Positions 1-9,122 of a stretch of 64,000 nt of DNA are shown piece by piece; the first letter of the stretch is position 1; each line of letters opens with the position of its first letter. The position numbers and the translations under genes are program-made. The notes below the pieces were generated by a model that had not been told where the DNA came from, ran no database searches, and saw only the letters and a list, made by a program, of their open reading frames with translations. The stretch comes from Alphaproteobacteria bacterium. Its GTDB lineage: Bacteria > Pseudomonadota > Alphaproteobacteria > GCA-2731375. The stretch spans positions 2,144,001 through 2,208,000 of the forward strand of contig CBDDPY010000002.1 in the NCBI GenBank assembly GCA_965232515.1, written 5' to 3'.

Positions 1-38
1 CCGCGAGTTCGTCGTTGCCGGGCTGGAAGAACGGTTGC

Positions 39-704
39 CTACCCCGCGGCGAGCTGGTCCGCTTTCAAAGTCCATTCGACGGTCTGGCGGAGGACCCTGC
101 CGAGGGCCACGTCGAAGGCGGCGACGATGGCGCGCATGTCGGTGCCGGTGGCCTCCTGAAAGGCCTCGAAGTTGCGCGAGCCGATAATGGCGCGCTGCGG
201 TTGCCGGATCAGCTTGGCGTTCAGGCGGACGCGCACGGTGGGCGTACTGGCGCCGTCGAGATACTCGGCCTGGAACTCGCGCAATTCGCTTTTCAGGTTG
301 TAGTCCGAGCGCAGACCGATGGCCTGCCGGCCGACGGCGACGATGGCGCCGCTGTTCTCGAAACTTTCGACCAGCAGCGTCTGCACCATGCGCGGCGCCC
401 GTTCGGTCCAGTTGGCCTGGGCGAAGTATTTCAGCTCGGTCGGATGGGTGCGCAGCGCGATACGCTGAACGTTCAGGCCGCCGGACGCGATCGGCTCTTC
501 GACCACGAGCTGCCAGGTGACTTGCGGCAGCCCGTTGGAAAACGTGCTCTTCGGGGTCAACGTATAGAGATCGGTGGGCGGACCGGTCAGCTCCTGAATG
601 ACGTTGCCGCAGCCCGCGACCGCCACGGCCAGCACCGCCGCCGCGCCAACGCCGGCGACACGCCGCTTGCGCGGCCAGGTTTTCAACGCCCCGAGCGACA
701 TCAT
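39..704 (-). CDS. ABC-transport auxiliary lipoprotein (PqiC-like)
   Basis: Lipobox VAVAGC; follows the MCE gene; W..RAPRMVQ..LVE and LREFQAEY segments typical of this family. Confidence 0.8.
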   Translation of the reverse strand: MMSLGALKTWPRKRRVAGVGAAAVLAVAVAGCGNVIQELTGPPTDLYTLTPKSTFSNGLPQVTWQLVVEEPIASGGLNVQRIALRTHPTELKYFAQANWTERAPRMVQTLLVESFENSGAIVAVGRQAIGLRSDYNLKSELREFQAEYLDGASTPTVRVRLNAKLIRQPQRAIIGSRNFEAFQEATGTDMRAIVAAFDVALGRVLRQTVEWTLKADQLAAG

Positions 705-1705
705 TCGGCCAACACCTCGCCTGCCCGATCGCCGAACAGGAACTGCCGGGGATCGCTCTCCAGATCTTCCAACAACCGCGACGTCGAGGCGACCAGCAAC
801 CGCGCGTCCTCGATCAGCCGCGTGAACTCGACCATGCCCTGACTGGCGAACAGATCGAGTTCTGCCTCGTGCCGGGTTAAATAACCCTCAATCTGCCGGC
901 TGAGGCTGTCGACGCTGTTGGCGGCCGCGCGCACATCGGTGACCAGCGGCGGCAGATCGTTGTCGATAACGGCGTCGACCGTGGTCAACGTGCCGCGCGC
1001 CACGGCCAGCGTGTCGTCGGCGCCGATGGCGACCCGATCGAGCGTATCGATCAACTTGTTCAGCTTGCCGACCATCGTGCTGAGGTCACCGCTGAGTTCG
1101 TTCATGTTGACGATAATGCCCTCGAACTCTTCACCGCGATCGGCGATGCGATCGGAGAGCGCGCTGGCGTTGTTGAGGATATTGGTGATCGTCGCGCGGT
1201 TTTCCTGATTGACGATCTGCGAAAGACGTTCGACCAGGATGATCACCCGATTGATCAGCTCGGGCGCGCCGGCGAACAGCTCCTGCAGGGGCGAGGGGAT
1301 CGAGGCGATAACCGGCAGCTCATCGTCGGTGGATTCCAGGATAGGGCTTTGCGGACTGCCGCCGCTCAACTGCACGAACGACACGCCGGTGATGCCCTGG
1401 AATTCGAGCGAGGCGACGGTGTCGGTGCGAATCGGCGTGCCGCTGCCGACCTCGATGATCACGTCAACCAGACTGGGATCGTCCGCATCGATGGTGATCT
1501 CGGTGACGATACCGACCGGAATGCCGTTGTAGCGGACGTCGCCGCCGACGCTGAGGCCAGAGACGGCGCTGTCGAAGATGATCCGGTAGTAGGCGAACTC
1601 GCGGTCGATCTCGACCTTCGTCAGCCAGATCACAAAGCCGAACCCCGCCGCCACAACCAGCAGCACGAAGCTGCCGATCAACAGGTGGTTGGCGCGCGTT
1701 TCCAT
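701..1705 (-). CDS. mlaD: MlaD/MCE family protein
   Basis: METRANH N-terminus, one TM, GLSVGGDVRYNGIPVG MCE motif, long helical C-terminus. Confidence 0.9.
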   Translation of the reverse strand: METRANHLLIGSFVLLVVAAGFGFVIWLTKVEIDREFAYYRIIFDSAVSGLSVGGDVRYNGIPVGIVTEITIDADDPSLVDVIIEVGSGTPIRTDTVASLEFQGITGVSFVQLSGGSPQSPILESTDDELPVIASIPSPLQELFAGAPELINRVIILVERLSQIVNQENRATITNILNNASALSDRIADRGEEFEGIIVNMNELSGDLSTMVGKLNKLIDTLDRVAIGADDTLAVARGTLTTVDAVIDNDLPPLVTDVRAAANSVDSLSRQIEGYLTRHEAELDLFASQGMVEFTRLIEDARLLVASTSRLLEDLESDPRQFLFGDRAGEVLAE

Positions 1706-1725
1706 TCGCCAGCTACTCCCCCACT

Positions 1726-2580
1726 CTACCCGGCGCCGGGCGCTCCGCCCTTTTCGGCCCCCTCGCCGCCGGCATCACTGGCGCCGTGCGCGGCCCGGGA
1801 CCGGGGGCCGTGAAAGTACTCGCGTATCCAGGGATGTGTCTGGCGCAGCATTTCTTCCATCGGCCCGACGACAATAACACGCTTTTCGGCCAGCACCGCA
1901 ATGCGGTCGCAAATGGCAAAAAGGCTGTCAAGATCATGGGTTACCATGAAAACCGTAAGTCCGAGCGTACGTTGCAGACGCTGGATCAACTGATCGAACG
2001 CGGCGGCCCCGATGGGGTCGAGACCGGCCGTCGGCTCGTCCAGGAACAACAGCTCCGGATCGAGCGCCAGCGACCGGGCGAGGCCGGCCCGCTTGCGCAT
2101 GCCGCCCGACAGTTCCGAGGGGTATTTCGCGCCGGCGTCGGGCGGCAGGCCGACCATGCTGATCTTCAAGGCGGCGATCTCGTCCAGCAGATGCTGCGGC
2201 AGGCGCAAGTGCTCCTTCAGCGGCGCCTCGATGTTCTGGGCCACGGTCAGCGAGCTGAACAGCGCGCCGTCCTGGAACAAGACGCCCCAGCGCCGCTCGT
2301 AGAGCGCCCGCTCGTTTGGCTTCAGCGCCGCCAGGTTCTGGCCGAAGACTTCGATGCTGCCAGCGGCCGGCCGGTTCAGGCCGATGATCGTGCGCAGCAG
2401 CACCGACTTGCCCGTGCCGGAACCGCCGACGATGCCCAGCACCTCGCCCCGCCGTACGTCCAGATCGAGGTCGTCGTGGATCACGGTCGAGCCGAACTGG
2501 GTGCGCAGGCCCTTGATGCGGATGATCGGCCGTCCGTCGGCGGCCTTGCCGTTGCCCTTTGTCACCGCGGCTTCAGACAC
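1726..2580 (-). CDS. mlaF: MlaF-type ABC transporter ATP-binding protein
   Basis: Walker A GGSGTGKS, LSGGMRKR signature, LFLDEPTAGLDP. Confidence 0.92.
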   Translation of the reverse strand: MSEAAVTKGNGKAADGRPIIRIKGLRTQFGSTVIHDDLDLDVRRGEVLGIVGGSGTGKSVLLRTIIGLNRPAAGSIEVFGQNLAALKPNERALYERRWGVLFQDGALFSSLTVAQNIEAPLKEHLRLPQHLLDEIAALKISMVGLPPDAGAKYPSELSGGMRKRAGLARSLALDPELLFLDEPTAGLDPIGAAAFDQLIQRLQRTLGLTVFMVTHDLDSLFAICDRIAVLAEKRVIVVGPMEEMLRQTHPWIREYFHGPRSRAAHGASDAGGEGAEKGGAPGAG

Positions 2581-3700
2581 CGATATACGAGAAGAAAATG
2601 GAGAACAGCGCGTCGACGACGATAACCAGGAAGATCGACGTCACCACCGCCTTGGTCGTCTGCTGACCGACGCTCTCGGCGCTGCCGGAAACGCGCATGC
2701 CCTCGAGGCAGCCGACCATGGCGATCAGGAATCCGAACACCGGCGCCTTGATGATGCCGACCCAGAAGCTCCAGATTCCGACCGCGTCGCGCAGGCGGTC
2801 GATGTAGAGCCCCGGCGAGATATCGAGCACCAGCCAGGCCATGATGCCGCCGCCGAGCAGCCCCATCAGGTCGGCCCAGAAGGCCAGGATCGGCAGCATG
2901 ATGACGAGCGCCAGCACCCGCGGCAGCACCAGCACCTCGACCGGATCGAGGCCGAGCGTGCGCATGGCGTCGACCTCCTCATGCACCACCATGGAGCCGA
3001 GCTGCGCGGCGAAAGCGCTGCCGGAACGGCCGGCGACGACGATGGCGGTCAGCAGGATGCCGATCTCGCGCAGCACCGACACGCCGATCAGGTTGACCAC
3101 GAAGATCTCGGCGCCGAACCGCTGCAGCTGAACGGCGCCCTGATAGGCCAGCACGACGCCGATCAGGAACGAGATCAGCCCGACGATGGGCAGCGCGTTC
3201 ACGCCGACCTGTTCCATGTGATAGACGAGCGGCGTGCCCCGCAGCCGGCGGGGCTGAACAATCGTGCGCGCCCAGGTCAGCATTATCAGCCCGAAAAAGC
3301 CCAGGACCTGGCGGGCTTCGTCCAGCACCTCGACCGTGCCCTCGCCGACACGGTTGACGCAGGCGACCAGCGCGTTGACGCGCGGCGGCGCGACCTCGCA
3401 CGGCTGATCGTTGGCCGCGACCTGCTCCAACATGACCCGGAAGTCGGGCTTGACCGCCCGCGTCTCGGCCTTCATCCCAGCCTGGCGCATATCGCGCAGC
3501 GTGCGGTGGATCAGCCAGGCGCCGGCGGTATCGAGGCGCTCGACGCCGGCGAGGTCCATGGTCAGCGGCGCCCGGTCACGGGGCGCAAGACCGCGGAGTT
3601 CGGCGTCCAGTCGCGCGATGCTGCCGACGTCCCAGACGCCGCCAGCCTGTAGCAACAAGCCACCGTCGCGCTCCGACGTCTTCAACCAACCTGACTGCAT
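2573..3700 (-). CDS. mlaE: MlaE permease with N-terminal STAS-like domain
   Basis: DLAGVERLDTAGA STAS-like motif, GRSGSAFAAQLG, EEVDAMRTLG; start uncertain (3700-3757). Confidence 0.9.
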   Translation of the reverse strand: MQSGWLKTSERDGGLLLQAGGVWDVGSIARLDAELRGLAPRDRAPLTMDLAGVERLDTAGAWLIHRTLRDMRQAGMKAETRAVKPDFRVMLEQVAANDQPCEVAPPRVNALVACVNRVGEGTVEVLDEARQVLGFFGLIMLTWARTIVQPRRLRGTPLVYHMEQVGVNALPIVGLISFLIGVVLAYQGAVQLQRFGAEIFVVNLIGVSVLREIGILLTAIVVAGRSGSAFAAQLGSMVVHEEVDAMRTLGLDPVEVLVLPRVLALVIMLPILAFWADLMGLLGGGIMAWLVLDISPGLYIDRLRDAVGIWSFWVGIIKAPVFGFLIAMVGCLEGMRVSGSAESVGQQTTKAVVTSIFLVIVVDALFSIFFSYIGV

Positions 3701-3847
3701 TGCCGAATCACGCATCGCCGCAACTTGAGATAAAGCTGGCACGGCGTCCACCGGCAATCAAGCGCCGGTCCCGGCGGCCGGTGCTTGCCGTCCCTCCGCC
3801 GAGGGTGCCAGACTGCGTCGGGTTGCTAAGGGGAGGGACACCACGAC

Positions 3848-4639
3848 ATGCCGAAATTCGCCGCCAACCTGACCTTCCTGTTCACCGAGATGGCGTTCCC
3901 CGACCGTTTCCGAGCGGCCGCCGAGGCCGGTTTCAAGGGCGTAGAGTATCTCTTCCCCTATGTGCGCCACAAAGAGCAGCTGGCCGAGTGGCTGACCGGC
4001 GCCGGCCTGGAGCAGGTGCTGATCAACATGCCGGCCGGCGACTGGGAGGGCGGCGAGCGCGGCCTTGCCTGCCTGCCCGACCGCAAGGGCGAGTTCCAGG
4101 AGGGCGTGGGCCAGGCGATCGAATATGCGCAAGAGCTGAACTGTCCGCGCATCCATCTGGTGGCGGGCCTCGCGCCGTCGGGCGGCGCGGAGCGGACGGC
4201 CTATGAGGACGCCTATCGCGACAACCTCGCCTACGCGGCCGACCGGCTGGCGCGGGAGAACCTGACCGCCACCATCGAGCCGATCAACGGCAAGCGCGAC
4301 GTGCCCGGTTTCTTCCTGCAGACGACGACGCAGGCCCGGGCGATCCTGGCCGAGCTGGGCAAGCCGAACCTGAAGCTTCAGTTCGACGTCTATCACGTGC
4401 AGATCATGGAGGGCGATTTGGTCGATACCTTCCGGACCTGCCTCGCCGATATCGGTCACATCCAGATCGCCAATCCGCCGGACCGGTTCGAGCCCGACGC
4501 GGGCGAGATCAACTATCCTTACCTGTTCGAGGAGATTGACCGCGCCGGCTATGACGGCTGGCTCGGCTGCGAATACAAACCGCGCGCCGGCACCGTCGCC
4601 GGCCTCGGCTGGGCCAAGGCCTACGGCATCGGCGGTTAA
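3848..4639 (+). CDS. hyi: Hydroxypyruvate isomerase family protein (Hyi/OtnI)
   Basis: MPKFAANLTFLF, GFKGVEYLFPY, IEPIN, FDVYHVQ, GCEYKP; GGAGG SD upstream. Confidence 0.88.
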   Translation: MPKFAANLTFLFTEMAFPDRFRAAAEAGFKGVEYLFPYVRHKEQLAEWLTGAGLEQVLINMPAGDWEGGERGLACLPDRKGEFQEGVGQAIEYAQELNCPRIHLVAGLAPSGGAERTAYEDAYRDNLAYAADRLARENLTATIEPINGKRDVPGFFLQTTTQARAILAELGKPNLKLQFDVYHVQIMEGDLVDTFRTCLADIGHIQIANPPDRFEPDAGEINYPYLFEEIDRAGYDGWLGCEYKPRAGTVAGLGWAKAYGIGG

Positions 4640-4650
4640 TCCAACCGCTC

Positions 4651-5868
4651 TCAGCGTTCGGTCAGCTTGAACTCGATGCGGCGGTTGCGACGGTGGGCGA
4701 TCTCGTCGTCGCGCCGGTCGATCGGCTGAAAGGCGCCGAAGCCGGTCGCGGCCAAGCGGGTCGGCGGCACGCCGTTGTCGACAAGAAACTTCACGACCGA
4801 GACCGCGCGCGCGGTCGAAAGTTCCCAGTTGGAAGGAAACCGCGCCGTCTGGATCGGCCGGTTGTCGGTGTGGCCGTCGACGCGCATGACCCAGTTGATC
4901 TTGGGCGGAATCCGACCGGCGACGTCCAGCAACATGTCGGCGAGCTTGCCCAGTTCGTCCCGGCCCGACGGGCCGAGATCGGCGCTGCCGGCCGGGAACA
5001 GCACTTCGGCCTGCAGCACGAAGCGGTCGCCGGCAATCTTGACGCCGGCCTGGTTGGCGAGCGACTGCTTGAGCTCGGCGAAGAACTCGGAACGGTATTG
5101 CTGCAGTTCCTCGACCTTGGCCGCCAGTGCCTCGTTGAGCCGCCTGCCGAGATCGGCGATGCGGAGCTGGCTGTCGGTGTCCTTTTGCTCCGCCGCTTCC
5201 AGCGCCTTCTCGATGCGGCCGAGCTGGCGCCGCAGCACGGACACCTCCTCGGCCAGGCGCGACGCCGCCGCCTTGGCTTCGGCAGCGGCCACGCGTTCCG
5301 CGGCGAGCTCGGCGTCCCGCTCGGTAAGCGATGCCTGACAGGCTTCGGCCTGGGCCTTGCGGTCGGCGGACGCCGTCTCGCTCGCCGTCAGGGCGGCGGT
5401 CTGGCTCGCCAGATCGTCTTCGAGTTGCGCGCGCAGGCGGCGCAACTGGGCGACCGCCTCGTTCAGCTCGTCGAGCTCGGCCGCGGTCTGTTCGGCCGAT
5501 TGCCGGTCGTCGTTCGCGCGCTGCTCGAGCAACGCAAATCTGTCGGCGAGCGATTCACGCTCGGTCGTGCAGCTCTCCAGCGCACCGGCGACATCGTTGC
5601 GTTCGCGTTCGAGGTCATCGAGCTGGCCCGTCAGATCCTGCGCCCGCAAGCGCATCAGATCGAGCTCTTCCTCGCGGGTGCTCAGCAGCTGGATCGCGAT
5701 CTCGACCTGTTTCTGCAACTCGTCCAGCGCCGCGGACCGGGCCTCGGCCGCCTTTAGCTTCTCCTGGACGCGCGCCGACAAGCCATTGTCGGACGGCGTC
5801 TGCGCCTCGACCATGGCCGGCGTCAGAACCGCCAAGGCGCAAGCCAAGCCGAATGTTAGGCACCGCAT
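4651..5868 (-). CDS. Coiled-coil protein with OmpA/MotB peptidoglycan-binding domain
   Basis: Signal peptide, long coiled coil, RVDGHTD..NWELSTARA..NRRIEF motifs. Confidence 0.85.
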   Translation of the reverse strand: MRCLTFGLACALAVLTPAMVEAQTPSDNGLSARVQEKLKAAEARSAALDELQKQVEIAIQLLSTREEELDLMRLRAQDLTGQLDDLERERNDVAGALESCTTERESLADRFALLEQRANDDRQSAEQTAAELDELNEAVAQLRRLRAQLEDDLASQTAALTASETASADRKAQAEACQASLTERDAELAAERVAAAEAKAAASRLAEEVSVLRRQLGRIEKALEAAEQKDTDSQLRIADLGRRLNEALAAKVEELQQYRSEFFAELKQSLANQAGVKIAGDRFVLQAEVLFPAGSADLGPSGRDELGKLADMLLDVAGRIPPKINWVMRVDGHTDNRPIQTARFPSNWELSTARAVSVVKFLVDNGVPPTRLAATGFGAFQPIDRRDDEIAHRRNRRIEFKLTER

Positions 5869-5890
5869 CACAGGTCCCCCTCCGGACGAT

Positions 5891-6694
5891 CTAGCGGACC
5901 CCCGTCTCTGCCGCGGCATGATACCCCAGACGCGCCGACAAGGCTTGCGCCGACGCGGTCAGCGCCTCCGCGTTCGCACCGGTCCAGGAAACGTCGAAAG
6001 CGGGCTCCGGCCCGAGCACGGTCAGGACCGCCTGCAGCGAACCGTCGTGCTGAAACACCGGGGCCGACAAAGCGGCGACGCCGGGCAGCATCTGTCCCTG
6101 CACGCGGGCGAGGCCACGCTCTCGTACGTCATCAGCAAGCGACCGGGCCTCCGCCGCGCTGCACGGGACATCAGCCAGGGACTCGTCTGCACCCGCCGCC
6201 AGTTCCGCCTCCAGCATCTCCGCGGTCGCTGCCTCTGGCAGGTAGGCCAGGAAGACCCGGCCGGTGGACGACCGCAGCAACGGCATCACCGATCCGACCC
6301 GGACGTTGACGGTGACAGGGTGGCTGGCCTCGCGCCAGCGGATCACCACCGGTCCGCGATTGCCCCAGATGGCCAGCAGCACTGTCTCATCGATGGCGGC
6401 ACCGAGGTCGGCGAGCGCCGCCGCGGCCAGTTCGACCACATCCAGCCGACGCAACGCGGCGAGACCGAGGTTTAGCGCCAGACCGCCGAGCGCGTAATGG
6501 CCCGAGACCGGCTCCTGCTCGACCAGGCCGCCGCGCACCAGGCTGACCAGGTAGCGATGCGCCTTGGCCGGCGCCATGCCAGCGGCGGCGGCGAGCGATT
6601 TCAGGCTTTGCGGCCCGTCGGCGGCGGCCATGACGGCGAGGATATCGGCGGCGGTCTCCACCGACTGCACGCCGCCACGGCGATCACCGGTCAT
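5891..6694 (-). CDS. IclR family transcriptional regulator
   Basis: GVQSVETAADIL..KAHRYLVSL HTH, SSTGRVFLAY; true start lies inside the long 5891..7510 ORF. Confidence 0.9.
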   Translation of the reverse strand: MTGDRRGGVQSVETAADILAVMAAADGPQSLKSLAAAAGMAPAKAHRYLVSLVRGGLVEQEPVSGHYALGGLALNLGLAALRRLDVVELAAAALADLGAAIDETVLLAIWGNRGPVVIRWREASHPVTVNVRVGSVMPLLRSSTGRVFLAYLPEAATAEMLEAELAAGADESLADVPCSAAEARSLADDVRERGLARVQGQMLPGVAALSAPVFQHDGSLQAVLTVLGPEPAFDVSWTGANAEALTASAQALSARLGYHAAAETGVR

Positions 6695-6711
6695 TTCGGG
6701 CGGGCGTCCGC

Positions 6712-7455
6712 TCAGCGGATGCTGCGGGCGCCGTCGACCGGAAGCGCGAGGCCGCTCATATAGCTGGCGTCGGAACTGGCGAGGAAGACGATCGCCGATG
6801 CGACCTCTTCTGCCTGGGCCATGCGGCCGATCGGGTGCTTGGCAATAATCGCGGTCGTCGCCGCCTCGAGGTCGGGCGCCTCGGCCAGCATGTTCGAAAC
6901 CATGGCCGTGTCGATGGTGGCGGGGCAGACGCAGTTCACCCGGATGTTGTCGCCGATATGATCCAGCGCCAGCGACATGGTCATGGCCACGACGCCACCC
7001 TTGGAGGCGGCATAGGCGACCATGCGGTGATTGCCGCGAATGCCATTGATCGACGCGGTGTTGACGATGGCCCCGCCGCCGCGTTTTTTCATCAGCGGGA
7101 TGGCCTTCTTGCAGCCGAGAAAGACACCCGTCAGGTTCAGCGAGATGACGTCGTTCCAGATCTCCCAGGTGGTCTCCTCGGCCGTGCCGGTGATGGTGAC
7201 GCCGGCATTGTTGATCAGGACGTCGAGGCCGCCGTGCCGGTCGGCGACATGCGCCATGGCCGCGTCCCAGTCGGCCTCCGACCGAGCATCGAGGCGAATG
7301 GCGTCGAAATCGGCGACGGCCGGAAGTTCCTCTTCGCGATAGTAACCGGCAACCACCGTGCAGCCCTCGGCAGCCAGACGCTTCGCCGTCGCCAGCCCGA
7401 TGCCACTGCCCGCGCCGGTGACCAGCGCCACCTGATTGTTGAATCTTTCGACCAT
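6712..7455 (-). CDS. SDR family oxidoreductase
   Basis: TGAGSGIG, NNAG, YAASK motifs. Confidence 0.92.
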   Translation of the reverse strand: MVERFNNQVALVTGAGSGIGLATAKRLAAEGCTVVAGYYREEELPAVADFDAIRLDARSEADWDAAMAHVADRHGGLDVLINNAGVTITGTAEETTWEIWNDVISLNLTGVFLGCKKAIPLMKKRGGGAIVNTASINGIRGNHRMVAYAASKGGVVAMTMSLALDHIGDNIRVNCVCPATIDTAMVSNMLAEAPDLEAATTAIIAKHPIGRMAQAEEVASAIVFLASSDASYMSGLALPVDGARSIR

Positions 7456-7623
7456 CGCCCGCTCCTCCCTTCACACCAACGTGAAACCAATTGACTAGGC
7501 CGCAACCCACAATGGCGTCAAATAATACCTATGTACAAAGGCTTGGCGTCCAGCCGGGTTTTCAATGGACAGCCTGGCCAATCGTTGGTGGTGAGTGATC
7601 AAGGGACGGCGCCGGAGCATACC

Positions 7624-8118
7624 GTGGCATCATCATTGCGGCCCCCCTATCACAATGATGTCTCCTGGACTTCCGGCGTCCGGACGGCGGCGATCCTTGT
7701 CGGGATCGTCGCCGTTCTTCTCGCGCCGCTTTTGGCGACCGCTGCCGAAAACAAGCGCATCTCGGCCGCGCAGGCGCTGGAACAGGCGCGGGCCGGTGAA
7801 TTGACGATCATCGACATCCGCCGTCCTGATGAGTGGGCCGAGACGGGCTTGCCGGAAAACGCCGAGCGGGCGACGATCCGCTCGCCGCGCGGCAATCGCG
7901 GTTTTCTTGCCCGCATCGCCAAGATCACCGGGGACGACAAGTCGGCGCCGATCGCGCTGATCTGCGCCCGCGGCGTTCGGTCGCACCATGCGGCAAATCT
8001 GCTGCGGCAACGCGGCTTCAGCAATATCTATGATATTAACGAGGGCATGCTGGGTAACGCGCGAGGGTCCGGCTGGTTGCAGCAAGGTCTGCCGACGGCG
8101 GCCTGCGCCGACTGTTGA
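7624..8118 (+). CDS. Exported rhodanese-like protein
   Basis: IIDIRRPDEW, ICARGVRS active-site loop, signal/TM segment; GTG start after GGAG inferred. Confidence 0.8.
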   Translation: MASSLRPPYHNDVSWTSGVRTAAILVGIVAVLLAPLLATAAENKRISAAQALEQARAGELTIIDIRRPDEWAETGLPENAERATIRSPRGNRGFLARIAKITGDDKSAPIALICARGVRSHHAANLLRQRGFSNIYDINEGMLGNARGSGWLQQGLPTAACADC

Positions 8119-8215
8119 TCCTGTCCTCGGGCCGGTGCCTGTGCTAGGTGATCGGCGGAAAGTCGGGTGCGCGCCCGCAATATCAGTTAACGGGAAATCG
8201 CGTAGGGAGACACAT

Positions 8216-8596
8216 ATGTCATTCGCACGACTGTCAGCTTTGGCCGCGGCGGGCTTTGTCGCGCTGGCAAGCAGCGCCGCCCATGCCGGCGACCTCAAGG
8301 CCGGCGAGAAGGTATTCCGGAAATGCAAGGCCTGCCACACGCTCGAAGCCGGCGGCAAGAACAAGGTCGGTCCGAACCTGCACGGGGTATTCGGCCGAAC
8401 GTCCGGCACATCGGACGGATTCAAGTATTCGAAAGCGATGAAAGAGGCCGCGATCGTCTGGAACGACGAGACCATCGCCGCCTATCTGGAAGCGCCGAGG
8501 AAGTACATTCCGAAGAACAAGATGGCGTTCGCCGGCCTGCGCAAGCAGAAGGACCGCGACAACGTCATTGCGTTCCTGAAGGAAGCGACGAAGTAG
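8216..8596 (+). CDS. Cytochrome c2 family protein
   Basis: Signal peptide, CKACH heme motif, KVGPNLHG, KMAFAGL; AGGGAGA SD. Confidence 0.93.
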   Translation: MSFARLSALAAAGFVALASSAAHAGDLKAGEKVFRKCKACHTLEAGGKNKVGPNLHGVFGRTSGTSDGFKYSKAMKEAAIVWNDETIAAYLEAPRKYIPKNKMAFAGLRKQKDRDNVIAFLKEATK

Positions 8597-8623
8597 AGCC
8601 GGCGATAGTTCGCTGAACGAACG

Positions 8624-8651
8624 ACCCCCGCGCTTCGCAGCGCGGGGGTTT
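8624..8651. terminator. Intrinsic terminator-like hairpin between convergent genes
   Basis: ACCCCCGCGC-TTCGCA-GCGCGGGGGT followed by TT. Confidence 0.7.
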
Positions 8652-8678
8652 GTGATTCGACCGGATGGCCGCGCGCGT

Positions 8679-9107
8679 TCAGTCGCGCACGACCAGCACC
8701 GACATCGGCGCGTGCCGGACGACGCGGGCGGCATTGGGGCCGAGCAGATAGTCCTGCAGTTCCGGCCGGTGCGAGCCCATCACGATCAGGTCGGCCTTGA
8801 TCTTCTTGGCCGTGTTCAGAACCTCCTCGTAGATGGTGCCGTGCGCGACGATGTGCTGGACATTGACGTCGCCGGGGACATGCTTTTTGGCGAAGGCCTG
8901 TAGGTCGGCCGTCGCCGTGGTGAGCGCCTTCTTCTCGAAGTCCTTCGGGAAGTACTGCGAGACGATGCTCATGCCGAAGTCCGGCACCACGGTCATGACG
9001 TGCAGGTTGGCGCCGAAGGACTGGCACAACGCAACGGCCGCCGTGATCGCCTTCTTCCAGGTGGCCTCATTGTCGAGGTCGATGGGCAGCAGGATTTCCT
9101 TATACAT
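8679..9107 (-). CDS. Universal stress protein (TRAP-associated)
   Basis: ILLPIDL, DLIVMGSHR..YLLGPNAARVVRHA..SVLVVR. Confidence 0.92.
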   Translation of the reverse strand: MYKEILLPIDLDNEATWKKAITAAVALCQSFGANLHVMTVVPDFGMSIVSQYFPKDFEKKALTTATADLQAFAKKHVPGDVNVQHIVAHGTIYEEVLNTAKKIKADLIVMGSHRPELQDYLLGPNAARVVRHAPMSVLVVRD

Positions 9108-9122
9108 GCGCGACCTCCACCA

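Noticed and set aside
4651-5868. Zorya-type defence gene (ZorB)
   Set aside because: No ZorA or effector genes adjacent and no defence-island context.
5891-7510. 539-aa ORF as an extended IclR fusion
   Set aside because: The N-terminal half is an off-frame overlap of the SDR gene; IclR starts at 6694.
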